Counted from the first letter of the stretch, positions 12,843-27,869 are shown. The stretch: DNA of 64,000 bases from Eledone cirrhosa (GCA_964016885.1 OZ024741.1:117924001-117988000), one strand, 5' to 3'. Numbers and translations are program-made. Notes: generated by a model not told the origin, from the sequence alone.

Positions 12843-13668
12843 CTAGCAGAAAAACCACCCTCGGGTGGTTTTCTGCTAGCATGTGTAGTGTGTATATTGA
12901 TATTATACGCAAGTATATATACATGTAGATATAATCAAATAAAATCGTAATTGACAATTACACAGAAATTGAAAGAAGACGTTGTTACACTGTCTTATGT
13001 AATCAGTTACGTTAGCCATTAAAAAAAGACGATATTATATATAAACTGCATTAGGAGAAAATTAGTGACAGAAAATTAGTTTGTTTATTTAAGTGATCGC
13101 CACCGGAAGTGTTGACATCACACACTCTCTCTTTCTATATATATATGGTAGTTGAAGTGGTGGTGGTGGCAACGATATACCGGAAGTGCAACTTTGAAAA
13201 GAAGTCAATTTTAAATTATTTATTTTTTACGAAATTTAGTAGATAAATTATGTAATATTCATTCATTATTGAGTTCAAATCCCGCCGATGTTAACTTTGC
13301 CTTTAATCCTTACAGGGTCGATAAAATAAAGTACCAGTAATACACTGATTAATTGCTGGCCTTGTGCTTAACGTAGAAACAATTATTTATTCAAAGTAAA
13401 TCGGTAGATTGGCAGTATCGGTAGAGAGTCGGACGCCATGCTTTCCAGCATAGTTATGTCCCTTTATGGTCTGAGTTCAAATCCCGCCGAGGTTAACTTT
13501 GCCTTTCATCCTTACGGGGTCGATAAAATAAAGTACCAGTAATGTACTGAGTATTTGCTGGCCTTGTGCCAAAAAGTAGAAACAATTATTTATTCAAAGT
13601 AATACAAACGGGATAAAAATAAATAAACCGTACGCAGTCCCGCAGACCTTCCTTTATTATAGTTTAGA
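12843..13668 (-). mobile_element. Non-autonomous Helitron-like element containing two SINE S1 copies
   Basis: A|TC start at 13668 on the minus strand; hairpin aaccaccc-tc-gggtggtt then CTAG|T at 12843; SINEs at about 13270-13385 and 13402-13588. Confidence 0.65.
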
Positions 13669-14575
13669 TATAGGCTGCCAGGAATCTCGTTGTTGATGCC
13701 GTACTTGCGGGGAGATTACATAATTTAAATAAAGATTTTGAAGAAAACTATGTTTATCGTTTATTAAATCAAATTTTTATTAAAATTGTATTATTTTTTA
13801 ATACATTAATTTGACTATTCTTTTTTCGTTTATATTTCAATGAAATTTTTAATGCTTATTTCTAAAATTAAATGTTCATTAAAATTGTATTGTTTAATAA
13901 TAAATTTTCTTCATAATTTTAATATTTGCACATTGGTAGTAGCACCGGAGCTGGCTTGTATTTATATTTTTGTATTCGATTGCATATTGATTCAGTAATA
14001 ATGGAACTAGTAATCGTTTAAAACAAGTGCTAGTATCGTATGTTCTTTTAAATAGGAAGAATTTTATTTTTTATTTTTTTAAAATAAAACGACACTTTTC
14101 ATACGAAGAAGAAAAAAGCTATTAAACAGAAGCAAAACGAGTCTCCCCACGACCACGTGCTTCACGTACCCCCACCCTCTTGCTCTGTCCCCTCACTCAC
14201 TTTCTCTCTATATAGATGTGTGTGTGCGTGTGCGATTTTTATGAATCAACGAGCGATACTCACGCGCGCGCGTACAAAAAGAGTAATAGTTATAATTGTT
14301 TTTAAATATCAAGAAAAAAAAAGAATGCAAGCAAGCCTGTCGCAATTCCCATGGGACCTTCAAATGTAGTACACGACCCTGGCCTGGTTTTTTAATTAAA
14401 TAACCCCTTATTTGTCATGAAAATGTCTCATTTGATTTGTCTCCTAATAGTTAAAGACCTCAGCCGAAAAGATCATACGCTAGCAGAAATGATGACGAGA
14501 GTAAAAAATGCAGAAGAAAGGAAGGAGAGATTAAAACAGATAAACGAAGGAGATATGGGGAGAGAGAGAGAGAGG

Positions 14576-14612
<37 letters not shown>

Positions 14613-15182
14613 CGGTAAGTATGCAGATAGGTATGAAAGAAGAAATTTAAAGGGAAAAGAGAAAAGTGAGTGAAAGAGAGGTAACGAAAATAATTGTTTC
14701 TACTTTTGCCACAAGGCCAGCAATTACTCAGTACATTACTGGTACTAATGAAAATAATAACGAGAGAGAGAGAGAAGAAGAAGAATACAAATGAAAAGTG
14801 AAGGGTTAAAGAAGAAGAAAGGAAAAAGGCAGAGGAGATATATAAAAAAAGTGGGGGTGGATGAGAGGAGTAAAATAAAAAGACAGGAAGGGTAGCGAGA
14901 CAGAGAAAGAGAAACAGTGTGAATGGAAGGGGAGAAGAATTGAAGGCGAAAATAGAGAGAAAGACTTGATAGAGAAAGAGTTTAAGGGAAAGGTAGAAAG
15001 CAATAGAGGGAGAAAGAGAGAAGGGGTGAGCGGGAGAAGTAAAAGAAGAAACAAGAGAGAAGAGAGAAACAAGAGAGAGAGAGAGAGAAAGAGTAAAAAG
15101 AAACAGTAGTATAAATAAGCTTGACATACAAGAACTTCCCAGAGAAAAAATATTAACAATTCGACGTCTTTTCTTCTACAGT

Positions 15183-15257
15183 ATGGCTACCACACGGAAA
15201 TTTACGGTCCGGGAGGGCAGGAGCTCCGACTGCGAACAAATATATCATTTAATTAAG
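15183..15257 (+). CDS. First coding exon of diamine/spermidine-spermine N-acetyltransferase (GNAT; SAT1/SAT2-like)
   Basis: MATTRKFTVREGRSSDCEQIYHLIK|gtaatc matches the SAT N-terminus (human SAT1 [22 protein letters not shown]), with a phase-0 donor after the same K. Acceptor ttttcttctacag ends at 15181. I could not find exon 2 in the window. Confidence 0.8.
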
Positions 15258-15494
15258 GTAATCGGCAACCTTTCATTTCCCACGTTCATACATATATATA
15301 TGTACATACATATATATGCACACACACATATATACAAATATAGTACATGTAGATACTTGAGGTTCGTATGCAAAACAACGAAGATGCGCAAGCTAATAAC
15401 GCGGAAAACAACAAATGATGTATATTTTTTTCTTTTTCTCCATATAAACAGTCGTTGTATTTCAGCCTTTATGCAGGCGCGCACATACATGTAT

Positions 15495-15568
<74 letters not shown>

Positions 15569-15624
15569 TATATGTTATAGAATACTATTAGCTTCTCGCT
15601 AAAACAATTTCTATACCTTTCATT

Positions 15625-15662
<38 letters not shown>

Positions 15663-15778
15663 CGTGTTTATGAATATATGTGATTATGTATATACATATA
15701 TATCAGCAATCAAAAGCTGGGTCTAGCCATGTAATATATATATATGTATATGTGTATGTGTTTATATATATATATACG

Positions 15779-15978
15779 NNNNNNNNNNNNNNNNNNNNNN
15801 NNNNNNNNNNNNNNNNNNNNNNNNNNNNNNNNNNNNNNNNNNNNNNNNNNNNNNNNNNNNNNNNNNNNNNNNNNNNNNNNNNNNNNNNNNNNNNNNNNNN
15901 NNNNNNNNNNNNNNNNNNNNNNNNNNNNNNNNNNNNNNNNNNNNNNNNNNNNNNNNNNNNNNNNNNNNNNNNNNNNNN
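15779..15978. other. Assembly gap (200 N)
   Basis: Run of N. Confidence 1.
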
Positions 15979-17381
<1,403 letters not shown>

Positions 17382-17382
17382 A

Positions 17383-17761
17383 GGAGGCACATGGCTTAAT
17401 GGTTAGAGCATTGGCATTGCAATCGAATGGTCGTGAGTTCAATCCTCAGACCGGGTTATGTGTTGTTTCCTTGAGCAAGACACTTTATTTCACATTGCTC
17501 CAGTTTAATCAGCTGTAGAAATGAGATGATAGGGACCCCAGTCCCTATCATTCCACTGCAAAGTGGTCGTGGAGGTGCCACGGCAAAAAAGCACCCAGCA
17601 CTCACTGTAAATGAGGTTGGTGTTAGGAAGGGCATCCAGCTGTAGAAATCAAGCCAGAATCAGTTCCTGTCCCACCCTTGCAAGCAGGGAAAAAGTGGAC
17701 GTAAATGAAATGAAATGAAATGATGATATATAATATATATATATATATATATATAATATAT

Positions 17762-17803
<42 letters not shown>

Positions 17804-18090
17804 GAGGCACATGGCTTAGTGGTTAGAGCATTGGCCTTGCAATCGAAAGGTTGTGAGTTCAATTCTCAGACCGGGGTGATGTGTTGTTTCCTTGAGCAAG
17901 ACACTTTATTTCACATTGCTCCAGTTTACTCAGCTGTAGAAATGAGATGATAGGGACTGGGGTCCATATCATTCCCCTGCAAAGTGGTCGTGGAGGTGCC
18001 ACAGCACTCACTGTAAATGAGGTTGGTGTTAGGAAGGGCATCCAGCTCTAGAAATCAAGCCAGAATCAGTTCCCGTCCCAAATGATGATA
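17383..18090 (+). mobile_element. Two tRNA-derived CORE-like SINEs (family S2) with RTE-like 3' tail
   Basis: Copies at 17383-17727 and 17803-18090: A box tggcttagtggtt, B box gagttcaat, ccttgagcaagacactt, tail ggttggtgttaggaagggcatccagc..(gat)n. Another copy at 56100-56443 (-). Confidence 0.8.
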
Positions 18091-18110
18091 TATATATATG
18101 AGTATATATA

Positions 18111-18149
<39 letters not shown>

Positions 18150-18603
18150 ATAATGATATATATGTAGTGGTGCTGTTAAGTTGACATAGCCTGGGCCAAT
18201 ACTGGCCAAAACTTATCAAAGTTATATATAACTGTGATATGTATATATATATATATATGTATATATAATTATATATATAAATATATGGTTGTGTCTGTTT
18301 TTATTTATTTACTAAACTAACCAACTGGGAGTTTATAATAAATTGAAGCGAAAATAAACAGGTGCGTGTGTTTTTATTGGCAGCATGACCCTCCCCAAGT
18401 ATAACAATATCTGTTTCAACACATGTTTTCAGATTAGAAATGTTGCAATACAAAAACGAAGTATATATATATACATCATCATCATCATCATCGTTTAACG
18501 TCCATTTTCCACGCTAGCATGGGTTAGACGTATATATATGTATATATGTATATATATATATAAGTATATATATATGTATATATATGTATATATATGTATA
18601 TAG

Positions 18604-18659
<56 letters not shown>

Positions 18660-19387
18660 GTATATAGGAAAAAGTATGACCCCGACGGCAGAGCTCAAGC
18701 CGTTTCGACGGCTATTTCTGGGCTAAATTAGAATGTTTAGCCTGGTGAATAAATAGCCGAACTTTTCAAGGAGGTACATCCTTATATGGGAAGATTGTAG
18801 TTGTCAAGAGGATTGGTTAAAATTTGTTGTAAACACAAATAAGTCTATCATGGCATTTGGTGGGAGGTAGGGGTGGCTGAACTTGCCTGTAGAACAATAG
18901 GGGAGTGAGTGGAGCGGTCAAGCATTGAAAGTGATATGTATACATCAGATTCTAAGGATAGTGTATGAAGTGGTGGAGGGAGGTTATAGAGTAGGTAAAT
19001 CGAAAGAGAGTAGGAGACAGTAAAAGATACTAGAAAGAAATTAAAATAAAAAAAAATAAAAAATTAGATAGTGAGAAATGAATAAAGAAATCACAATGCT
19101 ATCTTACAATTACAAGTAGTTAGTAAAACATATTCGGCCAATTCTATCTTAAAATAACAGGGGTGGGGGAACTGATGCTACAAGGCCCAATGGGCTGCAT
19201 CGGGGTAGGCGAAAGGGGAAAGCAGACGAGGAAAAAAATAAGGGGTGGAAGGAAGTGATAGGATGAGACAGTGGGAAGAAGGAGACAAAGAGGAAAAGAA
19301 AAGAGATATATTTACCTATGTAAGCTGGGGTTTCCCTTAACTTATATGGCAAGTGTGTGTGGGGGGGGGGGGGGTATCCGTCCTTGT

Positions 19388-20485
19388 CTACCCACCCGGG
19401 TCGTTATAGGGTTTGAGGGCGAGGTAAGTCCTACGCAATCTGTGTTTGCATGCTGTTACCAGTTCATCTTTCTTGTTTAGGAGTTGGTCCTTCGAAAACA
19501 GCATTTGTAATATATCCTCCGAGCATAAGTTACACAGACGGCGTCCTCCTGTGTAAGAGTTAGCTCTGGACAGTAAGCTCCAAGTGAGATTGTAGGTTAT
19601 ATTGTTATCTTGGAGGTCCCAGATGTGGCCCGAAAGTGTAGTGGCATGTCGCTGAACTGGGTTTTGGAAAGTGTGTCGGTGTAGGTAGAGCCGGGTCTTG
19701 AAGTCACACGCAGTTAATCCTATATAAGCTTTGTTGGAGGTGTCCGTCCTCACGTTGCACTGGTAGATCACGTTACGTTCTCGGCATTTGTTGTTTGAGG
19801 AGACAATGTTTTGTGCGAAGTTAGGTGTAGTGCTGTAGGAGAGTTTGATGGTGTTTTTGTTGATTATGTTGTGGTAGCGGTGTTGTAGTGGGAAGTGTTT
19901 TTCGAGGAGTCTAAAGAAGATTTTCCCGATAGCTGTTGCCACCTCGGCATTGTGGGGAGGATTGAACCACGTTACGTTGCGTGAGCGGAAGTGTTGCCTG
20001 CTGGTTCCGCTAAAGGAAGCTGGATAAAAGGATATTTCCTCCCGGAAGCAACTCCGCTTGAGGGCCTGGTTGTAATGAAGCGCGTGTTCGTTGAATATCT
20101 GCTCATTAGCGGACAAACGAGATATGCGGAGGGAGATGTTTTTAACCAGGTTATTGGTGATGTTCCTAGGATGGTTAGAGCGGCGGTGGATGTAGTGCAG
20201 GTTGTCGTTTGGTTTCCTGTATGGGTAGTACAGATTATTTTCGAGGTTAAGGGTAACGTTCAGGAAATTGACTCGGGTTAGGGACGTTTGTAGCGTGATT
20301 TTAAATCCCCAGTCCCGGAAGAAGTTGATTAGTTGTTTACGGACTCGGTCTGTACTACTAGGGTTGTACCCTTTGAGGGTGAGGAGCCCATCATCCCGGT
20401 ACAATCCACCGCCGAATGCAGGAAACATTTCGGTGAGTTTAAATAGTAGGAATAATCCTATAAGATCTGTGACCTCGGCCGAATT
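19388..20485 (-). pseudogene. PLE RT (C-terminal part) plus GIY-YIG endonuclease
   Basis: SAEVTDLIGL, GLYRDDGL, WFNPP, VIY..AYIGLT..FKTRLYLH, CNLC..CKH. The frame is open upstream of the annotated M as far as the junction. Confidence 0.9.
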
Positions 20486-20604
20486 GGTCTACAGGCAAGT
20501 TCAGCCACCCCTACCTCCCACCAAATGCCATGATAGACTTATTTGTGTTTACAACAAATTTTAACCAATCCTCTTGACAACTACAATCTTCCCATATAAG
20601 GATG

Positions 20605-20702
20605 TACCACCTTGAAAAGTTAGGCTATTTATTCACCAGGCTAAAAATTCTAATTTAGTCCAGAAATAGCCGTCGAAACGGCTTGAGCTCTGCCGTCGGG
20701 GT
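20605..20702 (+). ncRNA. Variant hammerhead ribozyme (U3-A8 core)
   Basis: cc-TTGAAAA(20612)-g..ggctattt..aaatagcc gtc-GAAA cggc ttgagctct gccG TC|gggg; mirrored at 18680-18775 (-). Confidence 0.7.
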
Positions 20703-20826
20703 CATACTTTTTCCTATTTCCCACTCTACTACCCTAAGTATTGAGTACTCTGGTGCGTTATCGTCCATTTGGTTCCTTACCACAATTCCTTTGTTATATA
20801 TATATGTATATATATATATATATATA

Positions 20827-21772
20827 TACATTATGAAGAGAGAAGAAACATTTAGATATAATTAGTAATAAAATGTATCATACCTAAACTGCTCCTAAAT
20901 TCCTCGACTACGTAGTTTCGTGGCATAAACAAAAACAATATATCATAAAGATATAGAGTCCCTGCGAGGTCTGCCGACTTATCAAAAGGATACCTCATTT
21001 TACTAGTCTCAAGAACGCGTCTACACGACGTGAGAAAGAATCCCAAAAGGCGGAGGGGGAGATAGTCACGCGATATAACGGTCGAGAAACAGAGCTAAGC
21101 CTCTTATAACCACGAAGAAAATACCACAGAGGCGGAGGGGGTATTCATATCGAGGCCGCAGAAGAGGTGGTGAAGAAGGCTAGAAGTATGAGTAATGGAA
21201 GCTTTCCAGTTGTCCCCACACCTCAAAGATTGCTCGACCAGAGGGAGTTATTAACAATATATTTAGAAACACACAGATACATGCGGACACACACATATAT
21301 ACATGAATGCATCCGCACCCAACTGTGAGTTAAGGGTGCCAACTTCACCGATGTTGCTCAATGAATAACCGGGACAGACCAATTCAGTTGAACTAGACTG
21401 AACCAGTATCAGAGTTAAAAATACATTATGAAGAGAGAAGAAACATTTAGATATAATTAGTAATAAAATGTATCATACCTAAACTGCTCCTAAATTCCTC
21501 GACTACGTAGTTTCGTGGCATAAACAAAAACAATATATCATAAAGATATAGAGTCCCTGCGAGGTCTGCCGACTTATCAAGAGGATACCTCATTTTACTA
21601 GTCTCAAGAACGCGTCTACACGACGTGACTGGTTCAGTCTAGTTCAACTCAATTGGTCTGTCCCGGTTATTCATTGAGCAACATCGGTGAAGTTGGCACC
21701 CTTAACTCACAGTTGGGTGCGGATGCATTCATGTATATATGTGTGTGTCCGCATGTATCTGTGTGTTTCTAA

Positions 21773-21780
<8 letters not shown>
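20827..21780 (-). mobile_element. Non-coding 595-bp tandem element with two hammerheads (retrozyme-like / non-autonomous PLE)
   Basis: 20827-21033 is repeated at 21422-21628; 21628-21778 is an inversion of 21256-21407. Hammerheads tcct(c/t)-TTGATAA-gtcggca..tgccac-GAAAC tacgta GTC|gagga at 20901-20990 and 21496-21585. Confidence 0.8.
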
Positions 21781-21845
<65 letters not shown>

Positions 21846-21877
21846 GCCAGCGTGGAAAATGGACGGTGATGATGATG

Positions 21878-21922
<45 letters not shown>

Positions 21923-21937
21923 ATTATGTATGTATTA

Positions 21938-21971
<34 letters not shown>

Positions 21972-22402
21972 CACACACGTGTGTGTGGGTGTCTCCTTCT
22001 ATATATATATTTATAGCAACTTGTTTACAAAATCAGTGTGTTAGCATATATACCTGTAATATGTTGTTATCCTGTCGTACTCTGACAAATGACCCACTTT
22101 CGATTTCAAACAAGAACATGATACGGATAAATTCAGAAGTGACGGTTGCGTCCTTTGTTTGTTGTTTTGCTTTTTATAATGTATATAACAACGTGCAGAC
22201 CGTCTGACTTTCTGAATAATTGTCTTTTGTAATGCGGCACGTTTTGCTATGAACCACAAAAAGGTTATCCATACCTGATACATATTTAAGAAATAGTATT
22301 GTTCGTATACACACACATACATGTAAATAACCCGTTTCCACATTATTTGTTGAATGTCCTTTACTTTTGGAGTCCCTACCCCCCATATATATATATATAT
22401 AT

Positions 22403-22840
22403 AACCAAAAGTTTATATGGTTCGTTGATTATTCAACGAATTCAATTTTACAATAGATTAGAAGCACTCGACTGGCATTTATCTAGACTATCTATAATAT
22501 TTTTCAAAATATTAATAAATGAGAAACATCATAACCAAAGTATATATTTTATTATACATATTTCAAAGGTACAATGGTGTTTCAGTACGTTTTCATCAGA
22601 TAAAATATATAAGAGATTGGATATGCGACATACCACTAAGGTACTTCTTGAATCATCAATTCCTGTAGTGGCCTCTACAGAAATTGATGATTCAAGTACC
22701 TTAGCGGTATGTCGCATATCCAATCTCTTATATATTTTATCTGATGAAAACGTACTAAAACACCATTGTACCTTTGAAATATGTATAATAAAATATATAC
22801 TTTGGTTATGATATTTCTCATTTATTAATATTTTGAATAA
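22403..22840. mobile_element. Fold-back PLE end with hammerhead
   Basis: Near-perfect palindrome about 22503-22837 centred near 22671. tatattttat-CTGATGA(22741)..GAAA tatgt ATA|ataaaatata gives a 10-bp stem I. Confidence 0.85.
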
Positions 22841-22861
22841 TATTATATATATATATATATA

Positions 22862-23196
22862 TATATTGTTATACTTTGGGAGGGTCATGTTGCCAATAAG
22901 AAAGACACGCACCAGTTGCTTTCACTTCAATTTATTATAATAAATTTATAAATTTAGGAATTTATAAATTTCCGGTTGGTTGGTTGGTTCCACAACCAGA
23001 TGGTTGTTTATATATTGTCAAAGTTATTTCGTCACACATTCTGTGACCTCTTCAGTGACTGGGGATTCTTTTTCTTTGTTTTTGTGCCTCTCCTTTGTTC
23101 TGTCCTACGCCATCTTGTTTCTTATTGGCAACATGACCCTCCCAAAGTATAACAATATCGGTTTCAACACACGTTTTCAGATAAAGAATCTTGCTA

Positions 23197-23203
<7 letters not shown>
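22862..23203 (-). mobile_element. Family Y PLE end with hammerhead and short inverted end
   Basis: Minus strand gtca-CTGAAGA-ggtcacagaatgtgtgac-GAAA at about 23016-23059; 22864-22904 inverted at 23119-23158. Confidence 0.75.
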
Positions 23204-23262
<59 letters not shown>

Positions 23263-23266
<4 letters not shown>

Positions 23267-24073
23267 GTTTGTCAGAAAAGTAACAGGGCTTAGTGGGTTG
23301 TCATCGTGTGACGTAATATCCGGGAAGTGTATAAATGCGATCTCGGTTCTCTGCAGCCATTATATGTTTTTCGCGTAATGTTAACAGCTACTCAATTTTA
23401 GGCCGTTGAGTGATAGGCACATAGCAACGAATCAACATGAAGTTTCCGGTCCGGCTCCGTAAAACTCCGTAAGGAGCACTCAGAATACTGCAGCAAGTGT
23501 ACGGAGATGTGGTTTTTAAGTGGCACAAAGGGTTCAAAGACAACCCCTAGAGCGGAAGTCCTTCAACGAGCATGACTGAGGCCAACGTTGAGCGTGTGAC
23601 ACATGTGGTGCATGGCGATCATCGGCTGAATGTTCGACTGATTGCAAGTGAGCTGGGCATGAACCGCGCAGCGTTTGAAAGATTATCACCGAAGATTTGG
23701 GCATGCGGAAGATCTGCACGAAGATGGTGCCGAAGCTGCTGAACGATGACCAGAAAGAGCGGTGCATGCAGTTGTGTCAGGAAATTCTCGAGCGTCTTAA
23801 AACCGAACCAGATTTTCTGGTAAGAGTCATCATAGGTGATGAGTCACGGATATTCGAGTCGGACACCAAGCGTTTTCCGGACGTGGGAGCCATCAAGAGA
23901 GCCGTGACGACGGAGCTGCGAAGAATCCTTCCAGCAGTGCATGGAGGCATAGCGGAGAAGGGTAGAGAGTGCGTTAGTAACAAGGGGGATTATCTTGAAG
24001 GGAAAAACTTGTAGTTTGGATTTGAAATATTTTTTGTGACCCCAGCCCTATTTCTTTTCTCACACACACCTCG
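23263..24073 (+). mobile_element. Internally deleted mariner element
   Basis: Imperfect TIRs tgaggtttgtcagaaaag and cttttctcacacacacctcg with TA flanks; GMRKICTKMVPKLLNDDQKE..IIGDES is the mariner WVP linker and first catalytic D. Confidence 0.85.
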
Positions 24074-25118
24074 TACACACCTCACAACGCATATGATACA
24101 GATCTCAGTCGTCATGCTGTACTGCAAAAGACCCACCTTCCCATGTACACAGAATTAAACAATCATGTAGAGGACACATTAGTTTGCACCAATTTTCTCT
24201 TCATTCTTCTCCATTCGTACTCCTCAGTCGTAATATCCCACCCTCACCAGCTAAATATCCCACGCACCTCGTCCATGTCGAACTTGCTAACTTGCCTCCC
24301 CGCCTACAAACCATCACCCCTGATACACAACTCACGCCAAAAAGTATGAAAACCGAATTCTGAATCTGATCTCCCACAATGTTGTTGCCACGATAAAAAG
24401 TCCACCCTGTATGCTGATCCGGTGTTACAACAACAAAAGCACACAATTCACACTGCAACGTGGTTGGCGTTAGAAAGAGCACCCAGCTGTAAAAACCAAA
24501 CCAAAATGAACATCCATATGAGAAAGACGTGGGTTACTCACACACACATGCACACGGGTTTTCTGACATGCATGAAAACATGTCGTGGATGGGCGACATA
24601 TTTGACACGTTTATGCAATTTTGTTTTTCCATTTAATACATCGAACAACGCTGTTTTCCCGAAGATTTGAAGCGGGTGTTATTAAATCTAGGTTATGTAC
24701 AGTCTATGCAATGAACAGCCGTCTAATATAGCTCGTGGATTGGCAATATCGGACAACATGCTTTGCGACAGAGTTATGGCCCTTTACGTTCTGAGTTCAA
24801 ATCCCGCCGAGGTTAGCTTTGCCTTTCATCTCAACGGGGTCGATAAAATAAAGCATTGGGGTCGATTTAATCGACTTTCTCCTCCCTTTTAAATTACTGG
24901 CTTTGTGCCTAAATCAGAAACCATTGATCGGATTGGCAATATCGGTAGAGGGTCGGACGCCATGCTTTGCAGCATAGAATTACGGCCCTTTACGATCTAA
25001 GTTCAAATCCCTCCGAGGTTAACTTTGCCTTTCATCCTTACGGGGTCGATAAAATAAAGTACCCGTAATGCACTGGGATAATTGCTAGCCTTGTGCCAAA
25101 AGTATAAACAATTATATA

Positions 25119-25720
25119 CTAGCAGTGGTACTCGGCGTTGCACGGGATAAGGTATTTTGGAACGCGGGCCGCCAACAGACCTAATCGTGGAAAAACTGCA
25201 TGCCAGGACAATGTGTAAAGAAAATAAACCGAATACTCTGATGGCTGAATAATCTTTAAGATTTTCCTCGATGAAGCAGGAAAAATGCAGGTTTTCACCT
25301 AATGCGGGCCCTAGGGGATCAAGAAAATGAATTTTTTTAATGTGCATAATATGCCTTGAAATTTCGGGAAAATCGGCTAGACGTAACGCCTCCAAAAAGC
25401 CCTAAGAAGCTGAACAAATGAAGTTTATCACCTAATGCGGACCCTAGGCCATAAAAAAAAGTTGTATTTTCTTTGCTCACTGTATGAAGAAGAGACTGAC
25501 TAATACATAGTTACAATTTGAAGGAAATCGGTCTGACGTAACGCCTCAAAAAACCCCTAAAAAGCTTAAAAAACGCAGTTTTTCACCTAATGCGGGCCCT
25601 ATGAGATAAAAAGTTGAATTTTATGTGCATAAACACTCCCTGAAACATAAGTAATACACATGTAAAGTTTGAAAAAGATCGGTTGGGTACTTCTCGAGTT
25701 TTAAGGATTCAAACTCACAG

Positions 25721-25751
<31 letters not shown>

Positions 25752-26053
25752 TCCTCAGGGAAGTGACGTAATGTAGACAGCCAGACATACAGACATGTTA
25801 TAAGGGTGCGACGTTATATGTATGTATCTAAAAAGAGAAAGACTAAGAATTATAGAGAGAGATCGCTAAATCGCCTAATGCGGTCCCTTAGGGCATTGAA
25901 AATTTGAAATTTGTTTTTCTCAGAACACTTCCTGAAACATAAGTATTACATGTGTAAAGTTTGAAAAGAGTCGGTTGGGTGTTTCTCGAGTTTTAGGGAT
26001 TCAAACTCACACACACACACATACAGACATCCTCAGTTATATATATATATAGA
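25119..26053 (-). mobile_element. Non-autonomous Helitron-like element
   Basis: A|TC..hairpin..CTAG|T termini; internal cctaatgcgggccct subrepeats; close copy at 40471-41121. Confidence 0.75.
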
Positions 26054-26454
26054 TAAGGCAGTGGATTGGCAGTATGGGTAGAGCATCGGACAACATGCTT
26101 TGTGATATATAATTACGACCTTTTATGTTCTGAGTTCAAATCCTGCCGAGGCTAGATTTGCCTTTTATCCTTACGGGATCGATAAAATAAACTACCAGTA
26201 ACGCACTGGGGTTGATTTAATCGTCTTTTCCCTTCCCTAATATTGTTGGCCTTGCGTCTAAATCAGAAACCATTATTGAACTTATAGGAATATGATTGAC
26301 ATCTAACATTTGCAGTGCAGTCGCAAAGTTGGAAAAGCAAAATAATAATTGAATATTTTCCCCATAATTCTGCCTCTCATGCTACGATAGGCTATATATA
26401 TATATAACACATGAGTATGTATGAAGGAGTATATATATATATACAATGATATTA

Positions 26455-26790
26455 TGTGGATTTGGCAGTATAGGTAGAGGGTCGGACGTCATGCTTTGCA
26501 ACATAGAGTTACGGCCCTTTACGGTCTGAGTTCAAATCCCGCCGAGGTGAACTTTGCCTTTCATCCTTACGAGGTCGATAAAATAAAGTACCAGTAATGC
26601 ACTGGGATAATTGCTGGCCTTGTGCCAAAAGTAGAAACAATTATATATATATATTGAGTTACGGCCCTTGCCATTCTGAGTTCAAATCCCGCCGAGGTTA
26701 ACTTTGCCTTTCATCCCTACGAGGTCGATAAAATAAAGTACCAGTAATGCAGTGGATAATTGCTGGCCTTGTGCCAAAAGTAGAAACAAT
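26455..26790 (+). mobile_element. SINE S1 tandem (full plus 5'-truncated)
   Basis: Family match. Related copies at 24735-25110, 26056-26277, 44855-45070, 49165-49352, 52741-52929 and 59565-59753 (-). Confidence 0.85.
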
Positions 26791-26875
26791 TATATATATA
26801 TACAATGATATATATATATACAATGATATTATTTTATATATATATATACAATGATATATATATATACAATGATAT

Positions 26876-26937
<62 letters not shown>

Positions 26938-26992
26938 ATATATATATACAATGATATTATTCCTTGGCTATAAATTTATAAAACACTCTTTG

Positions 26993-27054
26993 TATTTTAT
27001 CTGATGAAAGCGTACCAAAGTTTTTGGTACCCTTGAAATATATATAATAGAATA
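26993..27054 (+). ncRNA. Type I hammerhead ribozyme in PLE end fragment (26960-27190)
   Basis: tattttat-CTGATGA(27001)-aagc gtaccaaa gtt tttggtac cctt-GAAA tatat ATA|atagaata. Confidence 0.8.
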
Positions 27055-27188
27055 AATATGGCTTTATAAATATAGTTTCCATTTATTTAATATCATTGAA
27101 TATTTACTCCAGAAACTTGTCGAGTGCTCTGAACCAGTTATAAACATTTATATTTGTTGAATTTCCAACAAATTAAATATCCCTTCTA

Positions 27189-27226
<38 letters not shown>

Positions 27227-27376
27227 ATAAAATAATACAACTGGCTTTCCACATAATACATATAGTTAGCACCTCCAAACACTTAAATTGGGTTTATACT
27301 AACATATAACCTAATGTTTGTTGAGTGAGATGGTTACCAGTCAGAGGTTAGATTTAAGCTATCTCTGTTATTGTAT

Positions 27377-27735
<359 letters not shown>

Positions 27736-27869
27736 ATACTTTGGGAGGGTCATGTTGCCAATAAGAAACACACGCACCAGTTGCTTTCACTTCAATTTAA
27801 TTTATTATATATTTATAAATTTACAACACGATTTCAGATAAAGAATCTTGCTAAACAAATTCAGAAACG

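Larger units (their letters stand above)
18665..20797 (-). mobile_element. 5'-truncated Hydra-like PLE (family X) with inverted terminal repeat
   Basis: 18665-18893 is inverted at 20488-20717, followed by a tail to 20797; (TA)n on both sides. Confidence 0.9.

Noticed and set aside
14417-15159. ORFs in the purine-rich tract
   Set aside because: GA-rich low-complexity sequence upstream of the splice acceptor.
15258-15602. Continuation of the 139-aa ORF past the SAT-like exon
   Set aside because: Read-through into intron after the GT donor at 15258; low complexity.
20612-20700. HDV-like or twister ribozyme interpretation of the family X end
   Set aside because: Too little sequence for the P3/L3/P1 elements and no twister core; a U3-A8 hammerhead explains all the stems.
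22299-22912. Two antiparallel ORFs with near-identical peptides
   Set aside because: Artefact of the DNA palindrome.
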